Below are positions 1-12,357 of a stretch of 64,000 nt of DNA, in pieces. Location of the stretch: assembly GCA_964036045.1 (NCBI GenBank), contig OZ038378.1, positions 108,810,001 to 108,874,000 of the forward strand, written 5' to 3'. Under the pieces are notes generated by a model that saw nothing but the letters and a program-made list of their open reading frames with translations, was not told where the DNA came from and searched no databases. Source of the stretch: Eutreptiella sp. 'Long Island Sound 2002' (lineage: Eukaryota > Protista > Euglenida). Every line of letters starts with the position of its first letter. The first letter of the stretch is position 1. Position numbers and translations under genes: made by a program.

Positions 1-38
1 CTGCAGGTTACCTTTTCTTTCGACGGGGCAAACAGGCC

Positions 39-662
39 TCACACCGGTGCTTGCACGGTCGTTGTATCCCTGTTCACATCCAACGGTGCTCTCACATTTC
101 CGGTATCTGGTACACAACCATCCGCATATCCAATGTGACGCAGAGTCTGGGTGATTCTTCTTTCGAGCTGTAGAAGAGCCCGAGCGACTGTCGTTATCCG
201 TGGTGCCAGGTCCTCAATGGCTGGGTGTCCTGCCAAGTACGTTGGTCTCTGTTTCAGCTGAAATACTGCAATTGCAGTACAGTTTTGCGACTGGTCACTT
301 ACATTTGGGTGTGTCGTGTATTGTGCCCGGTACCGGTTGCCGATCCACAGCTCGCAGCACGATGCAAGCACCAGTGTCCACGTTGCTTTAGGTGCTGGTG
401 CTACCTATTCGTCCACTGTATTTGCGGCGGTGTCTGCTTGCCCAAGTCGTACTTTCGTTTGTCTTTCTGTTTGTGTTAGGTACCCTGTCTTGTTTCCCGG
501 GTTTTTTCTGTTTGGTACTGCCCGTTGATGCATCAACGGGTACAGGTTCCAGCCCTCTTGTCGCAAAATGCGCACCCGGCGCTTTTCCTCCTGCCTTTTA
601 GCTGCGGCCCGACTGTGTCGGGTTCTTTTGTTGAACCTGGGTCGCTGTGCAAACGTTAACAC
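39..662 (-). pseudogene. Degenerate reading frame of unknown product, probably running off the window start
   Basis: ORFs 405-662 and 39-371 are in the same frame, separated by a single TAG, and the frame continues past the TGA at 39-41. No recognisable domain. Confidence 0.3.
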
Positions 663-744
663 CAGCTATGCCGCCAGGTCGTTTTGTTTGAGTCTGTTCT
701 AGAACTCATCAGCCGTTTGATATGCTGGTTCTGCAGCGCATGCC

Positions 745-2650
745 TCTCTTAGTGCTGCTGCTCCTTTGCTTACTTCTGCAATCATTCGATGCGTTACGGA
801 TTTTCTGGCGCGAAGCAGCATTCTGCGTATTTCTGTGTTAAATTTAACTAGGGCGTATAATTTAATTAGCGTTTCGCACGGCGTTCTTTAAAAACAGCAT
901 GTTTGAAAAAATCTGGCCTTTCTACCGTCGCAATTTGTATTTGCTGTCTGCGTGCGCTCCGTTGCCAGTAACCGAAAACCGTTTTCCCAACCACAATCTC
1001 CTGTTCTGTTTCCTTCTTTAATCCCAGTAAAAAAAACCCCTATCCTTCGGGCAGCGAAAGCTACGGCCGCCATTAAAACTGGACACGTCTGCCATTGGGT
1101 GGCTGTTGGAAAAAAGAAAATCATTCCCCTCACCCCCTGACGGATATGACGAAGGTTACCGATGTATACAAGTGGTAAGCTTGAAAGGGAATGTAAATGC
1201 CGGCGCAGCCTGACCTGCCCGTTTTTTCATTACCTTGTGTGGTTTGAGTGCGCGAGGGATCGCGCACTGATTGTTTCTGGTGGACAATGTTGTGTACCTT
1301 GTCATACGTGCCCAACACTGTGTCTACACACACGTACATCGCAAAAATCAAAAGTACTTGTCAATATGGTACTGCACCTGCAGTCTTACGCGTCGTATCC
1401 ACCCCGTAAACCATTACATAACGTGATCAGAGTGCGCGACGCCTCGCGCACTCCGGATGCTTAAATTTGTATGTTATTTTTACTTTAGAATGTATGTGTT
1501 TCACCGAACATGGGAAGTCTGGCCGTCATACACTTTCAATGCTCCTTCCTCAATACAACGTGAGTTCGAATAATGTGTAAAAGCTGTGTACTTCGAAAAC
1601 CTCCGGTGCTTAGGGTTTTTATGTTTCGTAGTAAGCTGTACCTGGAATATCTCGAGTGCGCGAGGCCTTTGCATGGGGTAAGTCTCTTAATGCGGCAGCT
1701 CTTTGGCTTACCTCTGCAATCATTCGATGCCTTACTGATTTTCTCGCGCGAAGCGGCATTCTGTGTATTTCTGCGTTAAATCAAACTTGCGCGTATATTT
1801 TATTTCATGTTTCACACAGCGTAATTTAAAAACAGCGTGTTTGAAATCATCTGGCATTTGCCTATCGTCATTACTAGTGCGCACGCTGCCATCGCAATTT
1901 GTAGTTGCTGTCTGCGTGTGCTCCGTCGCCAGTAACCCAACACCGCCTTCCCAACGACAATCTCCTGTTCCGTTTCCTTTCTTACTGCGAGTTTCAAAAA
2001 AAATCCTATCCTTCGGGCAGCGAGGGCTACGGCCGCCATTAAAACCGGACACGCCTGCCATTGAGTGGCTGTTAAAAAAAAGAAAATCATTCCCCGGGTC
2101 CCGCTGATTACAACGGACATTACGACGAAGGTTACCGTTGTCACAAGTGGTAGCCTTGAAAGGGAATGTAAATGCTGGCGTAGCCTAACCTGGCCGCTTT
2201 TTCATTTCCTTGTGTGGTTTGCGTGCGCGAGGCATTCGCGCACTGATTATTTCCGTTTGAGAATGTTGTGCACCGTTCAATACGCGACCATCGCTGCGTC
2301 TCCACACACGTACACTACAAAAAATCAAATGTCCTTGTCAGTATGGTACGCCACGTGTAGGCTTATGCGTCATATCCCCCCCGTAAAACATTACACTACA
2401 TGATCGGAGTGCGCGAGGACTCGCGCACTGCGGATGCCTAAATTTGTACTTTATTTGTACTATAGCGTACATGTGTTTTACCGAACATGGGAACTCTACC
2501 TGTCATATACTTTTAATGCTGGTTCGTGAATACAATGTGAGTTTGAATAACGTAGGAAAGTTGTGTACTTCAACAACCAACAGTCGTTACGTTTTGATGG
2601 TTCCGCAGCAAACTCCACTTCGAATAACCCGAATGCGCGAGGCCTCGCGC
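745..2650. repeat. Diverged tandem duplication, unit ~940-980 bp
   Basis: tgcaatcattcgatgc occurs at 777 and 1715 (period 938), and colinear similarity continues to 1561/2538 and 1655/2633. Confidence 0.85.
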
Positions 2651-3726
2651 ACTCAAAGCACCGTAAAATACAAAAAAGGTCCCATTTCAGAACACATAGG
2701 AAACTAATAGCTGAAAAACAATCTTTTTTTGCATTGCCCAAAAACACCATCATCAAATATCCCAAAAAAATAGGTTTTTTGCTGTGTTGCGAACCGGTCC
2801 TTTTCCGCGTGTTTGATGCGCAATACACGGTGCAGTTTGAACACTATTGGCCTAGTTATTGGTCCGGTGTCCTTATCTGCAAATGTTTGGTCATTGCACA
2901 TGTCCTCTTTCTAGTTGAGGTGCCCTACAATTGTAAAGAAATGAGCTGCTGCAAAGGGGGGGGGGCAGTTGTGCTCAGCGACATAAACAAAAATCGTGGC
3001 TAGCAGCCTCGTGATTCCCCATTCCGTCATCCGTGATCCTTGACTCAACACACATTTTCAGGCTGTGAGGCAACGTGAAAAGGGGGATGCATTGACAAAT
3101 GAACACCAGAGGAGAGAACCTTGAGTGCGTGGGCTGTAGTGTGCGTTCCAACTTACATCGGATGATCCGCTGTTCAATTGGCTGAGATGTGAAACTGTTT
3201 TGATACACCATCCTAAATTCATGTTTCGGCTGCCCCTTGGTGCCAAGCTTCGCTCACATGACCTTCCATAACACAGACGCAACACAAAAAGTTTTTGATG
3301 TATGCTACATCCTTGACCCGTTGGAGTCCGAAAATGTGTAACACCCGAGGGCAAGGGGCAAGAAGGCGGGGGTGGCCCAGGCGGGAGGGCAGGAGCAAAA
3401 TTTACAGGTTTTACTTTTATATCCCACCATGCTGTCCCGGACCCCTTGAGTGCCTTGGCGTGCTCCCGCCCCCCCCCAATGAAGGGCAAGAAGGTGAAAC
3501 CTGCTTGCCCATGCACCTAGCCATCAAATAGCACCCCTTTAACTAACAAAGGATGGTTCACCAAAAATGAAAAAATGAAATTTGCAAACAGGTGCTGTCA
3601 CTGGCTCCTTGTGCTTAACGGACTTTAGTTTGTTTCCTGTTAGGGGCTGGTTGCTTCGGAGAAAGCATCGAGAGCATGGGGGGTTTAAGGGGGATGGGCG
3701 CTTGTGAATGACTGATAGGGTCCACC

Positions 3727-3794
3727 CTAATGGGAGGATCCGTAGCAATACATCAAATGATGTCTAATGGGAGGATCCGTAGCGACACATGAAA
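3727..3794. repeat. Short tandem duplication (~37 bp)
   Basis: ctaatgggaggatccgtagc...catcaaatgatg followed by ctaatgggaggatccgtagc...catgaaatgatg. Confidence 0.8.
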
Positions 3795-4307
3795 TGATGC
3801 CGTGCACAACTGAATAGCTGTCCCATATGCACGAGAACTATGGAAAACCCAATGCCCACTTGCAAAAAGAGTTGTGCGAGAATTCGACCAGAGAGCGGTT
3901 CTTGCACAAGCCGATGCCTAGGCACGGGGCGGGGGTAGGGCAACCTTTCTTCCGGGACGGAGTTTCCTCGGTCACATTCAGATTGGCCGATCCCCCCCCC
4001 CCCCCGGCCAATAGGGGGATCAAATCACCAACATAGCAGATAATGGCCAACAAAAAGGGTTGGTGGCTTTTATTCTCCATTTGAGGGTGGTTTTATACCC
4101 ACAACCAACGCGAATGGGCGATGGGCGATGGGCCACGCAACGAAACTAAAATTTAAGAACGACCCTACATTCTTGGGGTTCCCCGAACAGGGATTCCAGT
4201 AGGCCCTCACCATACCAGTCCAAAAAAGCCCCTCAGAGCGGGAGACAAGATTAAAAATGGCCAAGAAGTGGCCCAAATGTTCTATAGCCTAGTTCTTTTG
4301 TTTTTGG

Positions 4308-4556
4308 GGGTTACCAAAACTAGTAGAAAAATTTTTTACTAGGTTCTGAAACCTAGTGAAAACGAAAACTTTTTTGTTACCGGTGAAACCTGGTAAAAGT
4401 TTTTTTCTTTACTAGGTTCTAAAAGCAGGTAAAAAAAAGTCTTTTTTAACTAGCTTCCCTATACCTAGTAAAAGCTAGTGAACCTAGTAAACTGTTACCT
4501 AATTGGACAAGTTTAAAACATAATTTTCACTACCTTTCACTACCGACCGTCCCCTG
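4308..4556. repeat. Cluster of AACCTAGTAAA-like motifs in both orientations; possible DNA-transposon subterminal region
   Basis: tttactaggtt at 4335 and 4408; aacctagtgaa 4350; aacctggtaaa 4387; tacctagtaaa 4462; aacctagtaaa 4481; all in A/T-tract context. The minus strand reads CAGGGG at 4556-4551. Confidence 0.5.
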
Positions 4557-6579
4557 CTGGCTTGTTTTTCTTCGTTGCCCCTGGGAAAAATGATGTAGAC
4601 TTTGTTTCTAGTGTAGAAAGAGATCACGTATAGCCCCTACCCCTCTGTTCTCATGGCAGCATTTTCTCCTACCTGTGTTTGATTGTCTGCATGCTGCAAA
4701 AAACGTACATAGTTAATTGTGCAAGCGATAATTGATACGGCTGTCACATGCTTGGAGCATCGAAACCAGAAAATCTAGAAAACATTCATTGGTTCGTCAC
4801 ATGTTTGCACAAAGCTGTACAAAATCAAACTGCTTCCTTCTTGGGTGGTTCCTATTCTTGGTCTGTCGCACACTTTCACTCAACATCTCATTCTGTAAAT
4901 GTGTTTCTATTGTGTGGTTTTTTTTCCACTCGCCTGCATGAGCAATCGTAGAAAATTGCGGCCAATCCCTCTTTGCCCTGCATAATCCTTGCACACTCGG
5001 ATGGGGGAAAATTGAGTCCATTGGGGGGGCTAGATAATGGGCCTTTGGACCGGTCGGTTTTCGCCTATGGGCTGAAAACTAACACTGTTTCCTTGCCCAA
5101 AACAGGACCCTCCATGCAAAAATGGACTTTTTGTTGGAAAAAGGCCATTTGTGAGAGCGGTGAAAATGTGCAACTGTGTTGGGGGCACAAAGCAATGCAC
5201 AAAGAGGGCTTCCCATTGGTGCTGTATGCAATGTATGCAAGTGGTGCCAAAAAAAAAAGCACAGTCTAACAGCACCACTGCAAAACAAAAGCACACCAGA
5301 AATTGTGCAACAGCCCAAAACCTGCCACCTCCCAAGGTGATAAAAAAATGTGAACTAATGAAACACCTATGAGAACCAACTAACTGTTTCCTGGTCTGGC
5401 TGTTATCTGTGCAGCCCCTTACAACTGTTCTTTACGGTGCAAGTGCCGTAAATATTCATGGTGCTTGCACTGCAAATCAATGCAATTGACCACAGGTAGG
5501 GGGAAATGCTGGGCAACAAGAAGGCAGGGGTGGGGGCAAATTATTCCTATTCTGTTGGGGTGTGTTATTGATTGTCTACGGCGCTGGCACTGTAATATTT
5601 CACGGAACTGGTCACGTAAAAGTTTACTTAAACTTTTAAGTTACCAGTTTTACGGCTCTGGCGCCGTAAACAATAAGGCTATGCACATACCTTACCTCCT
5701 GGGAAGCAGTCAAGTCAGTTTCAGTATGGGCACTGAAAAACTGACCCACCTCTGCATTTCCCCCATTGTGGCGGACACCAGTGCTCACCTTGCACACCCC
5801 TAACCTGCTACCCCTGACCCAAACCCTGACCATTTGCATTGGTCCCTCTGAAAAGCCCCCTGCGGACTAGGCAGATTCCCCATCCCCCATCCGACAAGTC
5901 CATCTCTGCCCGGCACCTGACCCCGCATGCAAAACACCTTGCCTGCCTGAGGCAGGCTGTTACAATCCGGATTCTATTGTGACTATTTTGTCGTCTGGTT
6001 TGTACCTGTGGAGAAATGTATGTGCGGCACAGGAAAGGAGGTGTAGACTCTGTTCCTGCTGGGGAGGTTTCAGTTCTGCCAGCCAACCCACTGGTTTATC
6101 TCCCACACCCGTTCCAGTTTATGGCGGTGGCGCTTACATTACAGGTGTGCCAATCTGCCCACCACCCCCTTTTTTGCAATCCCTACACTTAATGGAAATC
6201 TCCGTGGTTTTTACGGCACTTTGCGCACCCGCACGCCCCACGTCTGCGGCTCTACGCGTGCACACAGTGCACCCCAAGTTAGGAGTTATCCCTAAGGCAC
6301 CTCTCTGTCGCTTGGCGTCATGTCAGGCCTGAGACTGTCCTGCAGGACTTGTGTCTGGATGACGATGCTTTTGTGTGCGCAGTACCCCATGCGCGTCACA
6401 CCCGCTCTGGAAGCTGATCCACCGCCAAACAGTGCTCTGGAAGCTGATCCACTGCCAAACAGTCCGTGGTTCCTTGTCGAAGTGGTGTACGAAGGAGCGT
6501 TTGAGAAATGTGCACCGCAACAGGCAATGGGCGCAACACCCACATATCAGACAGGTTTGTTGAACCCAATACCTCAGGT

Positions 6580-7578
6580 TCACATGGGCATAACTTCGGT
6601 TCGATATGTCCCAGAGCTCCACAACAGTAGCTGTGCCAAATGCCACGGCCCTGTAGGCAACGCGGCAGCGGCTGGGGTATAGCTGTTGCCAAAGGTCTCC
6701 AAATACCAGGTTCTGGTGGCGCGTGCGCGCTGCAGCAGGTTGGCAATTACGAACAGCAGCAGCAGCGCAGCGTTTGTGTCCGTCTTGAGAGCAGCGATGC
6801 ACCCATACACAACGATTTCAAAGAAGTAATGAGGGCAGGCCATGTGCTCAAAAGCCCGGCCGGTGGGGACCCGGTAGTGCCGCTCTTCACTGTGCAGGTT
6901 CATGCCGTGGGGTCTGATGGCAGCAAGGGACATGTGACATTCTACCTGCCGGACACTGGCCACGGCAAAGAGCAGCAAGACTCCCAGCAGCACGGCCCAG
7001 TGCGGAGGCTCAGGGGAGACGGTCAGGGAGAGGTCCACGTGCGCAATGGTGAGTGCGGCGGCCATGTAAAACGTGCAGCCCGAAAAGAAGTTGAAAGCCG
7101 TGACCCTCTCACACAGGCTCCAGCGGTGGACAGCGAGGGTCTCCCACAGGCGGACCAGGCAGTGCACGAGGAGTAGCAGCAGCGACATGGGGAAAGGCTG
7201 GGGGGCCATGCCCGGGTGGGGCTTTAGGACATAGGACTCCGCTACGTGGCCCCGCAGCCATTTGAAGGCATACATCACCAACAGATACGAGGGATGTGAG
7301 AAGAAGAAAGCGTTTGTGGGGGGGATGTTGAGGACATGGAAGCAGAGGCACATGAGACTGACCATGGCACCCACCAAATAGAACATCATGAACCCATGTT
7401 TACGGGTGATGATGCCCGTGGAGGGCTCCTTCTTGTGCACCCCATACAATGTGACGTGGTCAAAGCGGTGGGAGCCCCACTTGGCCCCCAACAGCAGCAG
7501 TGCGGCACCCCAGTAGACCGTGAGGATGAGGGGGAGACTGAAGACGAGCCCGTCCAGGCTCCACAAGACCCCAAGCAT
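6580..7578 (-). CDS. SRD5A3: Polyprenol reductase / steroid 5-alpha-reductase family (copy 1), 332 aa from first ATG
   Basis: Multi-pass hydrophobic protein with family motifs F..FY, H..RL.E, Q..CH..LA, Y.VP.G..FE...CPHYF.EIVVY, F...NL...A..T..WY...F. ATG at 7578; the track's start at 7599 is TTG. Confidence 0.88.
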   Translation of the reverse strand: MLGVLWSLDGLVFSLPLILTVYWGAALLLLGAKWGSHRFDHVTLYGVHKKEPSTGIITRKHGFMMFYLVGAMVSLMCLCFHVLNIPPTNAFFFSHPSYLLVMYAFKWLRGHVAESYVLKPHPGMAPQPFPMSLLLLLVHCLVRLWETLAVHRWSLCERVTAFNFFSGCTFYMAAALTIAHVDLSLTVSPEPPHWAVLLGVLLLFAVASVRQVECHMSLAAIRPHGMNLHSEERHYRVPTGRAFEHMACPHYFFEIVVYGCIAALKTDTNAALLLLFVIANLLQRARATRTWYLETFGNSYTPAAAALPTGPWHLAQLLLWSSGTYRTEVMPM

Positions 7579-8917
7579 TTGGAGGCGCAGGGGTTTCAAC
7601 GGCTGAAGCAGAAACTGTTAGAGCAAAGGGCAGGGGCTGTGTCCGGCGGTCAACTTGGGCCCTGGGCCCGTCCGAAACACCATTGCTGCTTCACGACGGG
7701 TCAACACGCAGGAAGCCCCCAAGAGATTAAGATACGACCCTCTAGAGACGGCGATGAAGATGATTGCCCCCCGAAGTTGCCATTCATGTTGTGTCTATCA
7801 CCAAACCGATGCTCTCGACCCCGCTTTTTGCCAAATAGCACAAACAAAAACACCCCTGGAGCATACAATGACCCTGCCACTATTCTGCTCCGCACCCTTG
7901 CTTCACACCATTTGCCACAATGTTGTTTTTAAAACATATCTGCGTTGTTGCTCTGCGGTGCCACATCCTTGTCCCCTTTGGATAGTAAAATAAAATGGCA
8001 CCATCAGGCTGAACGCAATTCCATTTCACCAAGAGGAGGGCACTGACAACTGACAATTGAATACGCAGCTTGGGGTACCATTAGCAATGGTGTTGTACCA
8101 CCTACTCATCAATTAAGCCAACTGCTCAACGGGCTGATGTGAGCATGGTTGAGAGCGGTATCCAAGAATGAGTTGCTAGAGGATTAGCAAAAGAGAGGGA
8201 ATCAACAAAACCTCATAGATCCCCAAAAAAGTAGAGATTGCACCTAGCAAGCACCATGCACAAGTCACAGCCCTTGGCATCCCACAAGTACACATGCAGA
8301 GAGGGTTCAACTTCAACAACCACCGCAAAAGCAATTAGTGCAACCCCATGGAACAGTCGCTATTAGTCGTTATTGGTGAAGAAGAACAAATGTACACGTT
8401 TTTTGATATGTGAACACCCTTGCTATCCACAAATGTGGTGTTTGTTCATGCACGTCACTGTCCCTTTGCCCTACTTCAAAATCACCAACAAACAAGACCA
8501 TTTGCACCCTGCCATCATCTTTTGCTCATTGGCATAGCATTTAGTTGGAGTTGCACTGGGAAAAAACAATGGCGTGAATCCAACATGCCAACTGCACCGT
8601 TGCTTGGCGTACTAAGACAGTGCATGCTGCAACTTCTCCATTATAAGAATGGCAAACCCAAACATACGCGTCCTGGGTGACACCACCTCGAGCGGGACAA
8701 TCCGTAGTATGCATGCAAACACCCATGACTCGCCATGTACCACATGTGCAATGTGAGGCATTGGTGTGGTAAAGCCGAAGAAAACCAACAAACATGGGCT
8801 AGCTACCAACTCAACAATAGCTGAGTGAGGCCCACCCAATTCAGACAATGATGCATAACCAAGTGAAATGCAAAGTGTTCAGCGCTTATGCGTAAGTAGA
8901 CGCTTATTTGCTGCTTT

Positions 8918-9488
8918 CTATTGGGGATACTGCATGGACCGCCACACAAGTAGTGTTGGGCATGCCACACAAAAAGCATGCGCTACCGCAATGAGCACGG
9001 CCGAAATAGAGGTGCTCAGTCCCAATGCATTGTATTGCTTTAGCAAACGCAAACCCCGTTGGAATAACAATATTTTGGCAATACACATTAGATGGTCCAA
9101 AACACAAACCAAACAACACATTTGCTTCCATTGGTCGCATTGGCTCTCGCGCGATGGAGCAACTTGGTGCTGTCCCATGAAGGTGCCTACCACCAAACAG
9201 CTACTTTTGTGCCAAACTACGCCACCATTGCCGTCAACATATGGCGAGTAGGGCAGGCCACACTTGTTTGCATTGTTGGCTTGCTTAGCGACACTATCAA
9301 GGGAACGGTTTGTGGACACCGCAATACCTAGGGGATTGTCAAGGGTGTAGTCAAGTAGCAGCATTTGTGTGTCAACCACATCATCACCCACACGCAAGAA
9401 TTGGAACATGGTGGTCACCACCTCTCTGGCGGTGATATTGAGGCCTTCCCCATTTTTCCGGTGCTGCTTGGTGAGGTGCTGATTAATC
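8918..9488 (-). other. Possible coding exon or gene fragment inside the tandem unit (repeated in all four units)
   Basis: Open frame EWINQHLTKQHRKNGEGLNITAREVVTTMFQFLRVGDDVVDTQMLLLDYTLDNPLG... begins right after ctactgctAG and is open in all copies. No family assigned; end coordinates approximate. Confidence 0.3.
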
Positions 9489-11358
9489 CACTCCTAGCAG
9501 TAGATTAATCCACTCCTAGGCCCATTCTGATCTCTCACTTTTGCGCCACTTTGCGATATGATAAGTGATGCGCAGTGCTGGCCGCACGTAGATAAACCGC
9601 CGACTCAGCTATCACTTGCTGGGTCCCAAAATGATGTATTTCCGGGCTAGCCCTACAATGCCATAAAAGTATACATGTGTGTGGGAGAAAACAAAGATGA
9701 ACGGAGGAGCAGGGGGAGGGGGAGGCAAATCGGTGTGAATATGGAATCTAACGCTATGGCAGTGGTGGCAACATATTGCACAACACGTGCCACGGTACAC
9801 GCATTGGGCTTGAGTTGCTATCAGCGGTATGCCTCCTTGCTGCATGTCACCACACGACGGGTCTCGCAAGGGTTGCAAACACTAGTCTTGCCAAAACATT
9901 TTAGGCGGTAGTGGCCGTCCCCTCTTTTTTTTCTCCCCTTGCCGTGGGTAGCAATGGTCGCCATCCCGAGAAGGGGCATAAATAGCATCATTGCGGGTCT
10001 TGAATACCTGAGGCACTTCAACAGCACAAACTATATTGGCACGTTGATGACACATCAGAAAAATATGTGCGGTCTTGGATGCCACTATAGCTTGCTTTGC
10101 AACTGGAAGCAATGAGACATCCAAAGCAAGGTTTGGGCCATGACATACATCGCAAGACATTGCACAATGTTTGAAAGACTAAACGCAAACAGATGCAGCA
10201 AGTGGCTGGGAACAACCCCCTAACCATGTCATCGAAAGCCCCCGGGAAGCACAATTGACCTCCCAAGAAGATGTTAATTTACCCTCCCCCTAGATGGCAC
10301 ATTTTACCCTCTTACAAAGTTACAAATTACCCCGTTGGTATGTTACAAAATACCTCGCTAAACCAAAAACGGAAGAAATTATGCCCAGAATAGTAGAAAA
10401 CTACCAGGTGGAGGGTAGATGTGTCAACTTGGGGGGTAAGTGTCACAATTGGGGTGGGAGTAATTCACCGTCCACCAAGCAACTGTGTGCAGGTTCACCA
10501 TTAGTGTGGGTAGTGCACAATTGTGGCGTTGTGGCGAGGTGAGTTTGGATGTTGTATTGTGTATTGTTTGCAACCTTGCACACCCCTAACCTGCTACCCC
10601 TGACCCAAACCCTGACCATTTGCATTGGTCCCTCTGAAAAGCCCCCTGCGGACTAGGCAGATTCCCCATCCCCCATCCGACAAGTCCATCTCTGCCCGGC
10701 ACCTGACCCCGCATGCAAAACACCTTGCCTGCCTGAGGCAGGCTGTTACAATCCGGATTCTATTGTGACTATTTTGTCGTCTGGTTTGTACCTGTGGAGA
10801 AATGTATGTGCGGCACAGGAAAGGAGGTGTAGTCTCTGTTCCTGCTGGGGAGGTTTCAGTTCTGCCAGCCAACCCACTGGTTTATCTCCCACACCCGTTC
10901 CAGTTTATGGCGGTGGCGCTTACATTACAGGTGTGCCAATCTGCCCACCACCCCCTTTTTTGCAATCCCTACACTTAATGGAAATCTCCGTGGTTTTTAC
11001 GGCACTTTGCGCACCCGCACGCCCCACGTCTGCGGCTCTACGCGTGCACACAGTGCACCCCAAGTTAGGAGTTATCCCTAAGGCACCTCTCTGTCGCTTG
11101 GCGTCATGTCAGGCCTGAGACTGTCCTGCAGGACTTGTGTCTGGATGACGATGCTTTTGTGTGCGCAGTACCCCATGCGCGTCACACCCGCTCTGGAAGC
11201 TGATCCACCGCCAAACAGTGCTCTGGAAGCTGATCCACTGCCAAACAGTTCCTTGTCGAAGTGGTGTACGAAGGAGCGTTTGAGAAATGTGCACCGCAAC
11301 AGGCAATGGGCGCAACACCCACATATCAGACAGGTTTGTTGAACCCAATACCTCAGGT

Positions 11359-12357
11359 TCACATGGGCATAACTTCGGTTCGATATGTCCCAGAGCTCCA
11401 CAACAGTAGCTGTGCCAAATGCCACGGCCCTGTAGGCAACGCGGCAGCGGCTGGGGTATAGCTGTTGCCAAAGGTCTCCAAATACCAGGTTCTGGTGGCG
11501 CGTGCGCGCTGCAGCAGGTTGGCAATTACGAACAGCAGCAGCAGCGCAGCGTTTGTGTCCGTCTTGAGAGCAGCGATGCACCCATACACAACGATTTCAA
11601 AGAAGTAATGAGGGCAGGCCATGTGCTCAAAAGCCCGGCCGGTGGGGACCCGGTAGTGCCGCTCTTCACTGTGCAGGTTCATGCCGTGGGGTCTGATGGC
11701 AGCAAGGGACATGTGACATTCTACCTGCCGGACACTGGCCACGGCAAAGAGCAGCAAGACTCCCAGCAGCACGGCCCAGTGCGGAGGCTCAGGGGAGACG
11801 GTCAGGGAGAGGTCCACGTGCGCAATGGTGAGTGCGGCGGCCATGTAAAACGTGCAGCCCGAAAAGAAGTTGAAAGCCGTGACCCTCTCACACAGGCTCC
11901 AGCGGTGGACAGCGAGGGTCTCCCACAGGCGGACCAGGCAGTGCACGAGGAGTAGCAGCAGCGACATGGGGAAAGGCTGGGGGGCCATGCCCGGGTGGGG
12001 CTTTAGGACATAGGACTCCGCTACGTGGCCCCGCAGCCATTTGAAGGCATACATCACCAACAGATACGAGGAATGTGAGAAGAAGAAAGCGTTTGTGGGG
12101 GGGATGTTGAGGACATGGAAGCAGAGGCACATGAGACTGACCATGGCACCCACCAAATAGAACATCATGAACCCATGTTTACGGGTGATGATGCCCGTGG
12201 AGGGCTCCTTCTTGTGCACCCCATACAATGTGACGTGGTCAAAGCGGTGGGAGCCCCACTTGGCCCCCAACAGCAGCAGTGCGGCACCCCAGTAGACCGT
12301 GAGGATGAGGGGGAGACTGAAGACGAGCCCGTCCAGGCTCCACAAGACCCCAAGCAT
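11359..12357 (-). CDS. SRD5A3: Polyprenol reductase (copy 2)
   Basis: Same ORF as copy 1 with one substitution (SHPSY to SHSSY). Confidence 0.88.
   Translation of the reverse strand: MLGVLWSLDGLVFSLPLILTVYWGAALLLLGAKWGSHRFDHVTLYGVHKKEPSTGIITRKHGFMMFYLVGAMVSLMCLCFHVLNIPPTNAFFFSHSSYLLVMYAFKWLRGHVAESYVLKPHPGMAPQPFPMSLLLLLVHCLVRLWETLAVHRWSLCERVTAFNFFSGCTFYMAAALTIAHVDLSLTVSPEPPHWAVLLGVLLLFAVASVRQVECHMSLAAIRPHGMNLHSEERHYRVPTGRAFEHMACPHYFFEIVVYGCIAALKTDTNAALLLLFVIANLLQRARATRTWYLETFGNSYTPAAAALPTGPWHLAQLLLWSSGTYRTEVMPM

Noticed and set aside
6323-6802. Alternative-frame C-terminus for SRD5A3 (YPSRCRVAYRAVAF)
   Set aside because: Only a weak resemblance to the usual YP..R ending, and it would need the same frameshift in all four copies.
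6640-7932. + strand ORFs of 178 and 198 aa (and their copies in units 2-4)
   Set aside because: Antisense shadows of the GC-rich SRD5A3 ORF with no recognisable motifs.
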